From positions 50,220,001 through 50,284,000 of the forward strand of contig OX597820.1 in assembly GCA_951406725.2 (NCBI GenBank): DNA of 64,000 nt, written 5' to 3'. The DNA comes from Octopus vulgaris (Eukaryota). Of this stretch, positions 41,380-57,756 are shown in pieces. The stretch's first letter is position 1; every line of letters starts with the position of its first letter. Under the pieces are notes generated by a model, which was given only the letters and a program-made list of their open reading frames with translations, had not been told where the DNA came from and ran no database searches. The position numbers and the translations under genes are program-made.

Positions 41380-43985
41380 GTATATATATACATATATATG
41401 TATGTGTATGTGAGTGTATATATGTGTATGTATATATATGTATATATATGCAGATGAATATATATATATGTTTGTATATAGGGTATATTGACATACACAT
41501 ATATATATAATCTATGTTTTTATATATGTATTTATTTGTGTGTGTGTGTGTGTTTGCCACAAACGCATAAATACTTGCGTGCACACATACATATATATAT
41601 AATTGCTGTCATTGTTCCGTAATTGCTATTTGTCTGCTCAAAATCATAAGCTTTTTAATCTAAAACTGTCTTCTAAACTCACTACAAATATTCACGTTTA
41701 ATACAAATTTGACATACTCACCATCCTTGCCAGTAAGCTTATTAGCTAATCCAAGAACACCAACTGATCCCAAATGATCTTCAATCTTCGGTTGTCTTCT
41801 CTGTAACATTTCTTGCTACAAAGAGAACTATGTTTCTAGATGAGCTTCATATAACAGAAATATAGCGTCTCTGCACTCACCCCAGCAAACAAATCTTCCT
41901 GAAATATATAGGCACTTTATTGCATAGTATATACGTTATTTGCAAAACATAGTGGGATATACACTAGAAGTACGTATCACTAAAAAGTGTTAAGAGCAAA
42001 AAAAGCAGGAACATAGAACAATTTTGAATGCCAAACTAGAATGACGTGCACAGATATTCACCCATTTACATCAGCTAGGCCACGTTGCACTAAATGCTTC
42101 TTGTAAAACCATAAATTAACTCCGTTAATCTTCGTATACAATATTCCGAGAAAAAGTTAAAATTTCATCTGCTTATTTCTTTTTCCTTCGTTCTGAAAAT
42201 TTTGATGTTCTCGACTTTTCCAAGTTTTCAAATAAACATGAGTATATCTAACAGGAGAACATCAACAAATAAAAAGTCATATTAGTTGGTCGGTTCTCAG
42301 ACACTGTGCACATACATAGTAACTCCCGTCTTGTCACAAATTAATCAAGGCTGCTAGAAATTTAAAATAAAATTCAGTTAACTAGCAGATATAAAAGAAA
42401 TGCCTATGATCTTCGCAAAGCCTCATCCCTCGACACACCATCATTCGAAAAATACTAATCAATGTTATTCAAAATGTTTGGCTGGTCTGATGTTTATTAA
42501 AATGTAACTGCCGAAGTTCCTATGTCGTGGGCTAGTAGCTAAGAGATTTTGTTTGCTTTCTGAACATCATCAACAAATGAGCTGTTATAGTTTGACGTCA
42601 TGATAGGTGCAAAAGCTTGATATGAGCCACGTATCTAGAGCGGTAATGGAAGTGTGATTAAATGTGATAATGATGAATGAAATTTAACACGATTTGCTAG
42701 ATTTTGTGTGTGTTTAGGGGATACAATAGTTTACAACAGTTAAGACTTACTCACCAACTGTGAGAGTAACGCAGTCTCTTCATATACTGGTTTCAATCTG
42801 CTCCGGACTTTATAAAAGATATTCGAGAGGATCTTATGAAACCAAAGTTTTGCAGCTGGTCTTTCTATGCCAATCGGTGCAATGAGAAATGTAGATAAAC
42901 ATTTTAGTTTCCTCTTCTACCCTCCACTGACCATGCCATTTAATTTGCACTAATGTTAAAATCCGAAAAAGAAACAAGGTGAAATAATAAAATATCTCCT
43001 GAATGGTTCTATTTACTGCTGTCGAACAACTGTGGACTTCAGCAAAAATGTGCCTCGAAGCGCACTTACTATAATAATAGTCAATCGCAAGTAACCGTTA
43101 TGTTCTTCATAGCCTCTGAACTATGCATTAAACAAGATAGTAATGAATGCAGCGAGGGAGTTTCGGCTGTTCGTAGTAGCATGTAGAGGAGTCTGTTCAT
43201 GACCTGTGATATAATTTGATATATCAAGGTTTATCTGAAGTCGAACAACAACAGTATCAATAACACATACTAAATATTTTCTTTAAACACTTTTTGATAG
43301 AACATCACTCCATTGGGAATCCATCTTTCCAGCTCCTGTTCTTAATTTCACAAATGACTACTAATATGAAGTTGAAATGAAATATATTCAATTTTAAAAT
43401 TGGAATGGCCTGTGAAAGTCAAGGGTGTCACCTTTCCTCTTTCGAATGAATAATTAAAAATGCCTCAATTGAAAAGAAAATTAATTGCTCGAGTAGATAA
43501 CTGACTGTATAGAATTTCATAATTTTCAGTACAAATCTATTGAAAGTGATTTTGACGACTGCTCCTTTGACTTCCTTTCGATAACACATTCAGCTGTCCA
43601 ATTGACAGTACTCCATTATCACCCACCATGATTTTACTAAATAAATGTTTTTCTTCAGATTGAAGACGCCAATAATATGTGCGTAAATTTTGTACGTTTT
43701 TTTTCCCTTACATTTTCAACGAACAAGAAATAAAGAAAAATAATTTGATCCCACATTTGAATTCAATTAAGAAACTTGTAGTTCGCGCAATACTCATTTC
43801 CTTCTTTTATACTATTGCGTGTCTCTTCAACATGATTTACTGCATTCAAACTCTTGGACAATTTTTCGTTCCAAATAATTCCCATTGCTATAACATAATG
43901 GCACATCATTAATTAGACGTAATTAATATAAATTAACTTTAATTCATTCTTAAAGTAAACATTAATTTCTAATTTTAATTTGATC

Positions 43986-44069
<84 letters not shown>

Positions 44070-44085
44070 GTTATCATTGTTATAA

Positions 44086-44153
<68 letters not shown>

Positions 44154-44178
44154 GTTATTATTGTTATCATTGTTATAA

Positions 44179-46148
<1,970 letters not shown>

Positions 46149-46170
46149 GTAATTATTATTATCATTATTA

Positions 46171-46258
<88 letters not shown>

Positions 46259-46270
46259 CATTATTATTAA

Positions 46271-46455
46271 TTTACTCTTTTACTATTTTACTTGTTTCAG
46301 TCATTTGAGTGTGGCCATGTTGGAGCACCGCTTTTAGTCGAGCAAATCGACCCCAGGATTTATTCTTTGTAAACCCAGTACTTATTCTAGCGGTCTCTTT
46401 TGAAGACCGCTAAGTTACTGGGACTTAAAGACACCAACATCTGTTGTCAAGCGAT
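46271..46455 (-). mobile_element. OR-like SINE 3' half
   Basis: TTTACTTGTTTCAGTCATTTGAGTGTGGCCATGTTGGAGCACCGC...GTTGTCAAGCGAT. Confidence 0.85.
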
Positions 46456-46909
46456 AAAGAGAGCGATGTCTTAAAGAAAATAAATACGAAGAGAATTAAT
46501 GAAGGATTAGTAAACAGAACGCCGCACACACAAAAATAAAGAATTTAAGAGATATTAAGCTAGACAAGAGATTGAATCAGAGGGAAATAGCAACCGAGAG
46601 AAACCAAAACTGAGAAGTGTGAGAAACCATAACGTATAAGATGAATTATAAAGTAGTAACACGATACACTCCTGAAACAGAGGTAGAGACGGTAGTAAAC
46701 GCGGGAGATGTGCATTAGAGTACAAGGAAGGTAGAGAGAAGAGTAAGAAGAAAAATAATCGTGTATGATCTGAAGAAAAATAGATGTAAATATTAGAATG
46801 AAAGAGATCTAAAGAAATATAGATGAAAATCGAGTGAGAAGAAGAATGACAGAAAAATATTAGTAGAGCGAGAGAGAGAAAGAGATAGATGCATCGGTTA
46901 TAATTCATT

Positions 46910-47103
46910 CATATTCTGTCACCAAGCCAGCAGTTTCGGCGTGAGGAGTTAGTCAATTATATCGACCCTAGTGCTTGAATAGTACTTATTTTATTGATCT
47001 GGAAGGGATGAAATGTAAAGTTGATCTCAGAATGAAAATGGCCAAATGAAACGCCGCTAAGCATTTTGCCCAATGCTCTAACAATTGCACCAACTCCCTC
47101 CCT
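46910..47103 (-). mobile_element. Meta-domain SINE variant, degenerate
   Basis: AGTACTTATTTTATTGATCTGGAAGGGATGAAATGTAAAGTTGATCTC and CCGCTAAGCATTTTGCCC. Confidence 0.7.
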
Positions 47104-48404
47104 TGTGAAATACATATAATGAGAATGAGACGCTTAGAGCTAGAGGGGTAAACGCTTTTTGGCTGTGAGAGAAATAACAGCAGTAATGTGTCGAGAAAGG
47201 GAGGGATACATAGCTAAGGAATGGAGTGAAGGAGAGAGGTAGATAGATACATAACGATAAGGGAGTAGGGAGATAAAATGTAACACTGAGAAATAAAATG
47301 TATATTAGCCTTACGATATAAATAGAATATGTCCAAATATTTGGTCCACCTTTGCACAGAACGTGTGTAGGTGCATGGGCTAGTGTTTAGGGTGTTGGGT
47401 TGAAAATTTGTTGGCCATATGCTTAATCACTCACAGTCCTCTCCAGTAAGCATGGCCGTCAGTGCGTGTTTGGAAATTGCCCATTCTACAGATTAGCGTT
47501 CTCTTCAAATGGTATGATATACTTTCAAACTATATGTCTTGAAAAATGCAGATGAACGTCGGCTTCAAGAACATGTATCGTCGTGAAACATACTAAACGT
47601 GCCAACCAATACGAGTATGCTGACGTAAATATTAATTCATTTTAATACGCCAATACCTCATCTTTATGAGAAGAGTGTTGTTGTTAAAATCGTTATATCG
47701 TTAATATGCAGATGGAATGTGAAATCTGAACGCCACGGGATAACAAAACATAATTTGTCTCTTGGTCCTCCGATATTGTTAGTCTGTAGCAGTTGTTTAG
47801 ATATTAAAGAGGCCGAGAACTAAGGCATACGAAAGAGGGAGAGGACAGATAGTATACTAAGGAAAGGAATGGGGAATTGAGAGGAAGGGAGGAATTGAGA
47901 TTGGGTGTTAAAGAGTGAGAGAATGAGTAAAAGCGAAAGACAGAGAAAGAAAGAGAGAGAGACAGAGAGAGAGTAAGAGAGAGAAAGAGAGAAATTTATT
48001 CTTCTGTTGGATTGAGAAGGAAAACATAACTAAAATGAGTGACGTGGATATATTAGAAGTTCCTGTATTAAAGCAAGACCAAAAGAAGTGAAGAATTAAT
48101 TTTAAAAAGCGAATAAATGAAAACTTTGTGAAATACGCTAATTTTTTTAGAGATATTGTAGAATATTTATATGTACTATTTTAATGTTAAAAGCAAAAGA
48201 CGTAATAGTAATTGAAGAGAATGAATTTTATTCGATATACTGCCCATAAAAAGCACTTAACCATGAATATTAGAATACACTGAAACGAAAAGTAACTAGT
48301 CAGTATCCAATCGATGTATTTGAAAGCTTATCCACAAACAAACATCTACCTACCTATCGATCAAACTGTCTATCTATATGTATATATATATACATTCAAT
48401 ATGT

Positions 48405-48608
48405 GACCGCGTGTGTATCGTTGGCGATTTGTTTCCTCCGTCTTCCCTGCTTGGATCTTTCCTTTTTCTATGTTTCTGACGAAGAGCTCCGCTCGAAACG
48501 TTAGATCCTCCTGCTTTCTTTCCTTTCCTGAGCATTCAATAGCACTATACTTGTTCCACGTCCTAGCGTTGTTGTGTTTTCTGTTTGTGTTTTCATTTTT
48601 GGATTAAC
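48405..48608 (+). mobile_element. PLE-like 3' end (family D) ending in (TA)n
   Basis: It contains a hammerhead. Its last 40 bp recur inverted at 27413-27452, also inside (TA)n. Confidence 0.7.
48472..48506 (+). ncRNA. Minimal type I hammerhead ribozyme motif (family D)
   Basis: GTTT-CTGACGA-AGAGC-TCC-GCTC-GAAA-CG-TT-AGAT. The core is intact; stem I is weak with two G-U pairs. Confidence 0.7.
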
Positions 48609-48659
<51 letters not shown>

Positions 48660-49021
48660 GCAGACATACAAATACACATATTGACAGATATATGGATAAA
48701 TAGATAGATAGATAGATATATACATACTTACATATATACACGCATAAACACAAACAAAAATGTATATATACATGCACGCACATGTACACTTTCGCATGTG
48801 TCTTTTGTACCCTTTTATAATTATTGGTACACTTTATTCTACTGGTTTTTATAAAGTTTCTGTGCACGTAATTTGACGCACAAATTATGGGGGTCGACCG
48901 GCAAGTAAGAGTGACATTTGGCCAAAATATCCCTGGAGAGGGAATGAATCTGAAACACCATGATCGCAATATGAAATTCTTAATCATTAGGCTATATTCG
49001 CACCTTTCTATCTATTTAGTC

Positions 49022-49116
<95 letters not shown>

Positions 49117-49195
49117 AATCTAAATATCTATATAACATTCTAGATATTTATTTATTTTACTTTCTTTCTTTCTTCCTTTCTATCTATCTATCTAC

Positions 49196-49274
<79 letters not shown>

Positions 49275-50099
49275 GCTATCTATCTTTCTTTCTTTCTATA
49301 CATACATACACACACAAGCAATTGGTGAGATGGCGTTATCAGAAACATACTATAGATTAAAGCCTTATTAGTCTTGTCCAGATTCTTAAGAACCATCCTC
49401 TCAATCAGAGTAGAAATTATTCGGGGGAACAAAACTAGATTATAAGAAATGTATTGCAACAGCTTATGATAAAGAAATGAAAGACGGACAAATACATATA
49501 TGACATTATAATATTTATATTACTTTTAAATGATGTTTCGTAAACGTAACCATGCTTATAATTTTAGAAGAATAAATGTTATTAAAATCTTTTCAGCTGT
49601 TCCAAAAATCAGCAATTTGTTGATGTCAGAATTGCTAATAAGCAAATAGGTGGGGAGATTGATGCAATAAGACACATAGAACAGTTAGAAATTGTTATGG
49701 ACAAAATAGTAAGCAAGAAGTATTAATGTGATCAAGTTGGACGAGTTCAAGCCAATTTCTTCTTGAGAGGAATTGAAGATTGCGAATTATACATCAGTTC
49801 ACCTGTACATAAGAGCACACAAATATCAATAAAATGACGGAGGAAGAGTGGAACAAGTGATTGTGAGGTAAGAAACAAAATGTACGGGAAGGAAGGCTGT
49901 GAGTTGAAATTTGAAGTATTATATTTTTTCCAGAGATATGTCTTTAGTTATGCCTTAATATATGACGGTATTCATGTCGTAATTCAGTTTCTACTAACTT
50001 CTGCTGTCTATAACATAATGCAAAAATTTCTCATATATTTATTACCCTTTATGACAGATTTCTCTCAGCCTTTCTCCAGGTAAGTCCGTTCATAATTAC

Positions 50100-50160
50100 G
50101 GTTGATTGATTGATTCTAGTTTCAGCTTATGAGCTGTGGCCATGCTGGGGCACCGCCATT
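50100..50160 (-). mobile_element. Isolated CR1-group LINE/SINE 3' tail
   Basis: GGCGGTGCCCCAGCATGGCCACAGCTCATAAGCTGAAACTAG followed by (AATC)n. Confidence 0.65.
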
Positions 50161-50222
50161 TTGTCATTACAAATTTTGTCTAGCAACGAAGCAATATTTA
50201 AATTTTTTAAAATTTTTAGGTG

Positions 50223-50448
50223 GGGAGCTGGCAGACACGTTAGCACGCCGGGCGAAATGCTTAACGGTATTTCGTCTGTCGCTACGTTCTAAGTTCAAAT
50301 TCCGCCGTGGACGACTTTGCCTTTCATCCTTTCGGGGTCGATAAATAAAGTACCAGTTTCGCACTGGGGTCGATGTAATCGATTTAATCCCTTTGTCTGT
50401 CCTTGTTTGTCCCCTCTATGTTTAACCTCTTGTGGGTAGTAAAGAAAT
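50223..50448 (+). mobile_element. Meta-domain SINE, full length
   Basis: Head, B box GTTCAAATTCC, Meta domain and tail as in the other copies. Confidence 0.9.
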
Positions 50449-50599
50449 AAATATTTAAAAATATCCAATAGACCTCCACATAACTCTTGGTCCTAAGTTC
50501 AGCCTTGTCTCTTCATATTACCTTGATCCTACATGATTGCACCTACAGGATACAAGAGACTGAGGACAGGTTAACTATGTACGCGATTGATTTTTAGGT

Positions 50600-51424
50600 A
50601 GTATGTCTTAATAGAGCAAGAAGAAATAAAGGAAACGGAAGGGTTTATCATAGCAGCCCAAGATCAATGCCTACCTACAAGGAACTACTAGGCCAACATA
50701 TTAAAGAACGGCAGCTTCCCAACATGTCGTGTATGTCAAGAACAAAATGAAACCATTGACCATGTTGTCTCCATGTGCAATCTTCTTGCGCCTACAGAGT
50801 ATCTCAACAAGCATGATAGAGCTGCACAATATATTCACTGGGTAATTTGCAAAAACCTGTACTTTTCCCATGATAAAAATTGGTGGGAATACAAACCACC
50901 TCGAGTGCTTGAAAATGATGACATCTCACTCATCTGGCACTTCACCATTCAAACCGACAGAAAGATAGATGCAAATATGTCAGAGTTACCTGTCAAGACT
51001 TACCAAAGGCTGAGCAAGTATAAAGATCTTGAAATGGAAATCAGCAAAACGTGAAACCTGAAGACTAAAACAATACCTGTTGTCATATGTGCTTCAGGAA
51101 TGACAGGAAAAGGGGCTGATTGTTACCTAGCTCAGATACAGGGAACCCCAAAACGGCAGAAACTCAAAAGATAGTGCTCATGGGAACTACCCATATTCTA
51201 CGTAATATTCTGTCTATGTAATCTTAAATTTTAAAGGAAACACAATTTTCTTTTGGTTTCTTAAACATTTTCTAGAACAACACTATGCACAAAACCAAAT
51301 ATATGACACCCCAGGCATAACACCATCATGAAAACCTAGCTTGTTGCCTCTAGAGGTCTCTGGGTGAGACTTGGAGCTAACTTGTACAAATGCAAATCGA
51401 AAGTCAAACATAAAATAATAATAA
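50600..51424 (+). mobile_element. R4/Dong-clade retrotransposon 3' fragment
   Basis: ETEGFIIAAQDQCLPTRNY, the CCHC knuckle CRVC...ETIDHVVSMC, KHDRAAQYIHWVICK and LSKYKDLEMEISK. The 3'UTR ends in (TAA)n. Confidence 0.9.
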
Positions 51425-53105
51425 TATTAAATCGTTTATAAATCTATCGTTATATTGCAGTTAACTATTTGGCATATTTCTCGTCAAATGTATTTAACTA
51501 GGTCAATTATAAGCTCAACGACTTAATGCTTGGAGTTCATCTATCGCAGGCGAACGAAACTCTTCTGGCTAAAGTTAAAGTCAAATTGGAAGTTTCAATT
51601 TTGAAGTAAACTGTAACAACATTTTTTACTTTAGATACAATGGGAGGAATATAGCCGATTAAATCTACCTCAGTTCGCGTCTCGTAGTTTCTTTTTTTAT
51701 TGAAGCTCTAAAGACGAAAGAGACTGTTTTAGCATTGAAGGGTTTTGAACTCAGTACATGAAGAGAAATTGCTAAATACCACAAAACATTTATCGGATGG
51801 GGTACTGGAGATTTGCTCTGCAAATATCCATCTTAACAACAGCTATAATGAAAGAACCAAAGATAACTACAGTAGCGCCATCATCAAATAAGATCAACAG
51901 CTAAAAAACACAAGGACATTTGATTTGAAAACAAATTATATGCTTTTTATATCTATTGCTTGTTTGATGACAAACAATAGATAAAAAAAACAGATGAAAT
52001 AATGCAATTTGATAAGACGTTAACCATGCATGAAATAATATTGATTTCTTACACAAGCACAAGGCCATATATTTTAGTAGGCGATTAAATCAATCTCAGT
52101 TGTTGATTGATGATTTATATTTTGTGTGATTGTTGTTATTTTTGTTTTTGATGTTTAGCACCAGACAAAGCATAATGTTGCAGTCGAAAGACCATAGGTA
52201 TTTAAAGTGCACGTAGTAATAATGTTAGGGATATATCAAGCATTAGAATTTATTCAAAATAATCTCTTCTCATTTGTGGGCGCAACATGGCCGAATAGTT
52301 AAAGGTTTTCTTCGAAATGTTAAGCTTCGATAATAATATAAAGTATCATGGGCAAGATTCTTTTTACAACTGCTTGGTCTCATCCCGAGGTTTTTGAATG
52401 AAATTGTAAATAGAACAGAAGCCTATCGTGTGGATTGTAGTTTTAATTTAAATGGACAAGCTGGTTACACAGTGTATCACATTGATTGTGCTGGATATTA
52501 AATTACATTAGGGGTGTATATGTCCGTTTAATGCTCCGCTGTTTACGAAGGAATTCAAAGAGTTAATAACTGAACCGATGAATCCAATTAATGCTTTGAC
52601 AGGAACCCAATTAATGCTTTGCATGTAATTGTAAGATATTGTATGAGAGGTGACTGATTGTTATTTCTACCTGGTGACATGATCGCATTGTAGCGCATTC
52701 TATGTGTTTTTACTCTTGGTTTAGCTTCAGTTCCACCCTAAACAAACAATTTTAAAGTCAAACGTTTTAACAATGTGACAACCACATTCTTTTTGTTACA
52801 CTCTATATCTAAAACTACTGTATATTATTTTTGGAGATGATGAATGTAAGATATAGCATGAACGTTGTAACAGCAGCATACAATAATGGTCTTCCTTCGT
52901 CGACTGCATAGGCTATAGAATTGAAAGTACAGAGGAATTTCGAAGTAACTACTTATTATCATTGTTATTTCTGTATTTTAATTATTTTAGATTATTCCAT
53001 TGTACATTCCTCTAATAGATTCAACAGTGTACGCTGACGCACGCATACTGACGGATACATAAGCACGCACAGACAAATGGACGCGCACACACAAGTATAT
53101 ATACA

Positions 53106-53171
<66 letters not shown>

Positions 53172-53277
53172 AGTATATATACATATTTATATACATATAT
53201 ATATATATATATATACATATATACATATACATATATATATATATAAGTATATATATATAAGTATACATACATATATA

Positions 53278-53315
<38 letters not shown>

Positions 53316-53852
53316 CACATTTATATATGTAAATATATGTATGTATATATATTTGTATATATATATATATATATATATATGTACAAGTTTGAGTTTGTGT
53401 TAGCAGCTACAGGATGTTTTTTAGTTGCCGACACTCAGTCATTCGACGCCTAATGAAAGGGAAACAGAAATTCAGTTTAGCGACGTGAATCAACTTATCA
53501 TTGAATAACTGATATCTTAAACCACCTACATTCTTATGCTTATTGAACTGCAGGTTGTTAATTAAATGCATACGTACCCCACTATATATATATATCTGTC
53601 TACGCATGCATATATAAATTTGTGTGTGTAAGTGTTTGTGTGAATGATACGCATCTATATATGCTGATATATATGCCTCTGCCTTGTGTGCGTGTTTAGG
53701 TACACATAGATTCACAAAATATCCTTCATTCATATATTTATGATTCACTGCATGAATGTAAATACATATGGCCATATAAATGCCGACGGTAACAAGCTTA
53801 GTTTTCAATATACTCTCACACACACATTTGTATGTCTATGGGTCAATATATG

Positions 53853-53975
<123 letters not shown>

Positions 53976-54011
53976 ATATATATATGTATATATATATACA
54001 TATATATATAA

Positions 54012-54261
54012 TAATAAATATTAGGGAATAAATTCAAATTTACAGGGAAAAAAATCAGATTTAGGATTAAATCCAATTTTATAGTAAAATATTATAAAAT
54101 ATTATTAGAGACAAAACCACTATTTTGCAAAACAAACAAGGAAAGACTTAATCAATACATAAAATTTTAATAAATAGTCAATTTATTAAAATTTTATGTA
54201 TTGATTAAGTCTTTCCTTGTTTGTTTTGCAAAATAGTGGTTTTGTCTCTAATAATATTTTA
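54012..54261. repeat. Family C-related PLE terminus forming a perfect 81-bp hairpin
   Basis: Arms 54095-54175 and 54181-54261 are exact reverse complements with loop AGTCA. 54012-54094 matches the tail 24757-24838 inverted. Confidence 0.9.
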
Positions 54262-54675
54262 CATATATATATATATATATATATGCATATATATACACAC
54301 ATATGTATATATATATATATATACATGCACATATGCATACATATATATGTATATATATATATGTCTATATAGACACACACATAGACGCGCAAGTATATAT
54401 ATGTATAGGTTAATGTTGGACTAAGTAGCGTACCTCGCGTATTGTGTAATAAAATTTATATATAAATAAATAATTTTATATATAAGCAAATAAAATTTAC
54501 ACCAGTTTAATAAACATATAAATGTACTTCCTCTGGAACGCATATGGTAGTATCAGCATGGCTCACAGTGATAAGAATGACATTAAAACTGCAGTTTTGA
54601 ATTCATCTGATGAAATTTCACCTCGTTCCCATTAACCCAACGTAAAATGTTCTTGAATAATCATACACGAGTTTA

Positions 54676-54786
<111 letters not shown>

Positions 54787-54804
54787 TGTGTACAGGGTTC
54801 CCTT

Positions 54805-55755
54805 GTTAACAATTAACAATTAAATATAGATAAATAGTTACCAGGGTAGCAAAATGTCACACAGTTAAAAAAATTGTAACTCCTTGTTTGTAAAGGTCAA
54901 ATATGTTGTATAATATATATAAATAAGGAAATGGAATTAAACGCACGTGTTATTCAAATTCTTTTACTTCTGATACATGTCTCGAAGATATCCCTTGTAT
55001 TATTCCAAAGGAATAAAATAGTGTAAAACAATGCAGTCTTCCCTTTAAGGAAATAAAGAAATGAATCTCGTCAATAAGTGATTAACTGTTTTAAAAAATG
55101 TTAGAGGATATAACGTCAAAGGTAGTCTATAGAAAGAGGAGGGGGTTAAGGAAAGTAAAAACCAAATGAATGAGAAGTATATAACGATATGTAAATTAAA
55201 TAAAACCCCATAGTCTTGGAAAAAGATATATCTAGTGAGTGTGAAATGTAAGAAGAAAATTAATGTTTAAATTATATATAATGGTAGATATCACGTATAT
55301 GAACTAAAGGTGTGTTTCTGGCAATGTTTACATCGGTATGCACGCTCTATAACCGTGTTTACAAAGGCATCTTTAGAAAAAGAATAAAAAACAGTTCAGA
55401 ATTACAGATAAGACAGTATTCCTTGTCTTTATCATATAGTATCGAAATTGAGAGAATCAACCAATCTACATTAAAGTGTTTATTGTGGTCTTTTAGATAC
55501 CGAATTAATTTACTAATCCCTGTACTGTTACGTTTATTTTTATCTTTAAATATAGAGCAATGATTAGAAATTCTTTAGATAACTGAGATGAACTGCTTAT
55601 ATAAAAAAATCACTTCATTACCAGAAGTAATTTTACACTGGTAAATAGAATGTCTTAATTTTAGAGTTACTTGACATAAACTTAATTATGTCGTAATTGA
55701 CTTCAGATACAATAACCTTGTTAATAACATTTCTAGTGGGATGGATGACATTAGC
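54805..55755 (-). mobile_element. Penelope-like element 3' part: decayed GIY-YIG endonuclease (about 55291-55655) plus 3' UTR/pLTR
   Basis: Frameshifted SIYQCKITS..YIS..ISNHCSIFKDKNKRNSTGISKLIRYLKD..VDWLI..YCLICNSE..RCKH. This matches the NH..F/NST.LSK/CxxC..E/C.H pattern of Naiad-type PLE endonucleases. A decayed hammerhead lies at 54970-55051. Confidence 0.75.
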
Positions 55756-55758
55756 TAA

Positions 55759-55849
<91 letters not shown>

Positions 55850-56059
55850 TGTGTGTGTGATATAGTAATTTCACACACACCTGTTTATAACACATTAGTA
55901 ATTGCAAATATAATATATATATAAGCACAGAGACACACACTAAGAAAGACATACGCACGCATACACATATACTTGCAAATATAAATAGTAAATATACGTA
56001 TATTACATAGATACATGTATACATACGTAATTACATATGTACGCACATACATACATACA

Positions 56060-56690
56060 TTATGAAAGACCAAGACAGAAAACATCAGTCACGTTGTTAC
56101 CAACTGTGAGAGAATTTCTTCCAGGTATTACACGTCCATGTGGCATGATATGGTACCCAGAACTGTCTGCAACAGGATTACCAAAACGAAAATATCTAGA
56201 AACGAAGTGGAACATATTGAGACCGATGGGCTAAAAGAATATTGGTGGAAATTAAAAATTAAAGCATCCACCAATTTAAAACTGAAGCCGTCGTATATCG
56301 TTGCTTGGGATCAAAAATAAAAAGGGTTCCATTCCGAAAATCATCTGTCCTACGGACACAAAATAGCTAGGAAAGTAAAAGAGAAGGAGGTCCATTGATA
56401 AGTAGTTTGCAAATCCAGCACTCGTGATACATTTTCAGCTTGAAACCTATTATTATTGGAGCTACAAGATAGATACCAACCCATCTGGAGCAGAGTTTGG
56501 CTGAACTTGGGAACTTTGAGAGAGATTGCAAATCCTTACGCTACAGAAGATCATGATTCATGATATCAGGGACCATAAATATCTCTATGAACTTCAGATC
56601 TAAAGGATGATGCTTAAAACCAGATATTTTCCTTCACAATCATGCTGTAAGAAGATGGCCGATCAAAATTTATTCTAAATTAAAACAAAA
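56060..56690 (+). mobile_element. Decayed R4/Dong-like RLE-domain fragment
   Basis: ISHVVTNC, WHDMV, EYWW, LKPIIIGA and ISGT remnants occur in the expected order. Confidence 0.55.
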
Positions 56691-57709
56691 ATAGAAAGAA
56701 CATACCTATCTATCTACATACATACACACACACATATATATATACACGGGTATTCTGCATAAGTTAAGAAACGTTGACGACTGAAAAAATATTTCATAGA
56801 CAGAAGTATAAGTTATCTCTCTATATATTCATCGATATATACAGAATTTCCCACTTAAACAAAACTACTGGAAGATATTTTGTAGACGCTCAATAATTAT
56901 GCTATACAGCTTCTTTCCCAATATAGAGGATATTGTCACTCGTAAGCCTTACTTGGATCTCGTTCCCAGTTATAACCACTAGACACTGAAACTTGTCACT
57001 AGATCAGGCCGCTTGATAGACTCAGACGTCTATGAGGCTGAAGTTACAGAAGTGCTTCAAGATGACGTAAATGAAAACAAAAATTACGTTAGTTGATGCG
57101 AAGGCACCTTGAGGGGCGTTGTACGAACAATTATCTTCTTTCCGAAACATCCATAAAAATAAAGTTGGCTAGCCACCTATGGGGTCCGAACAGCATCTGC
57201 ACGTTACATACAATGAAATTCAGAATCGTATACAACTCTATGCTATATGTAAATGTACCGAGGTAATGTAACTTATGCGAAGCTGAAAGATCGCACGCTG
57301 TTTTTTAGATCCAAGGATTCTACCACACTACTTAATCCCAGGTCCGAAATAATCAGTATACGCAAGACTATGGAAAACTTCTCTCGTCAAATGAGGGGGA
57401 CACCACTCTCTGCAGTTTGATCTACTGTCTCGTCGGCTAGTGGACTCGTCACCGTTGAATTACTCTACGATAACTAGATTAATTATAGTTTCTAAGTGGC
57501 CGTAACTATCAATTTTCTCCCTTCTTTTTCCACTTTTATCCACCCTATACCTTCTCATTCAAAATTTTGCATCAAACGTCTATTTCTTTTTTCTCGAGAT
57601 GTTTCATGTACCAGCGTCCCGGTTTCCAAATACATATAACCATATGTCATGAGACTGAAGCATGTTTGGCGACACATAGCAAGTTATATAAATCTGCTGA
57701 TCCCCAGTG

Positions 57710-57752
<43 letters not shown>

Positions 57753-57756
<4 letters not shown>

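Noticed and set aside
54595-54650. CTGATGA core-like word (also at 40981 and 61195)
   Set aside because: There is no stem II-GAAA-stem III arrangement downstream.
56743-57550. Possible ancient Tc1/mariner relic (PDL...FSV* remnant, weak TIR-like ends)
   Set aside because: It is too decayed to support either boundaries or a family.
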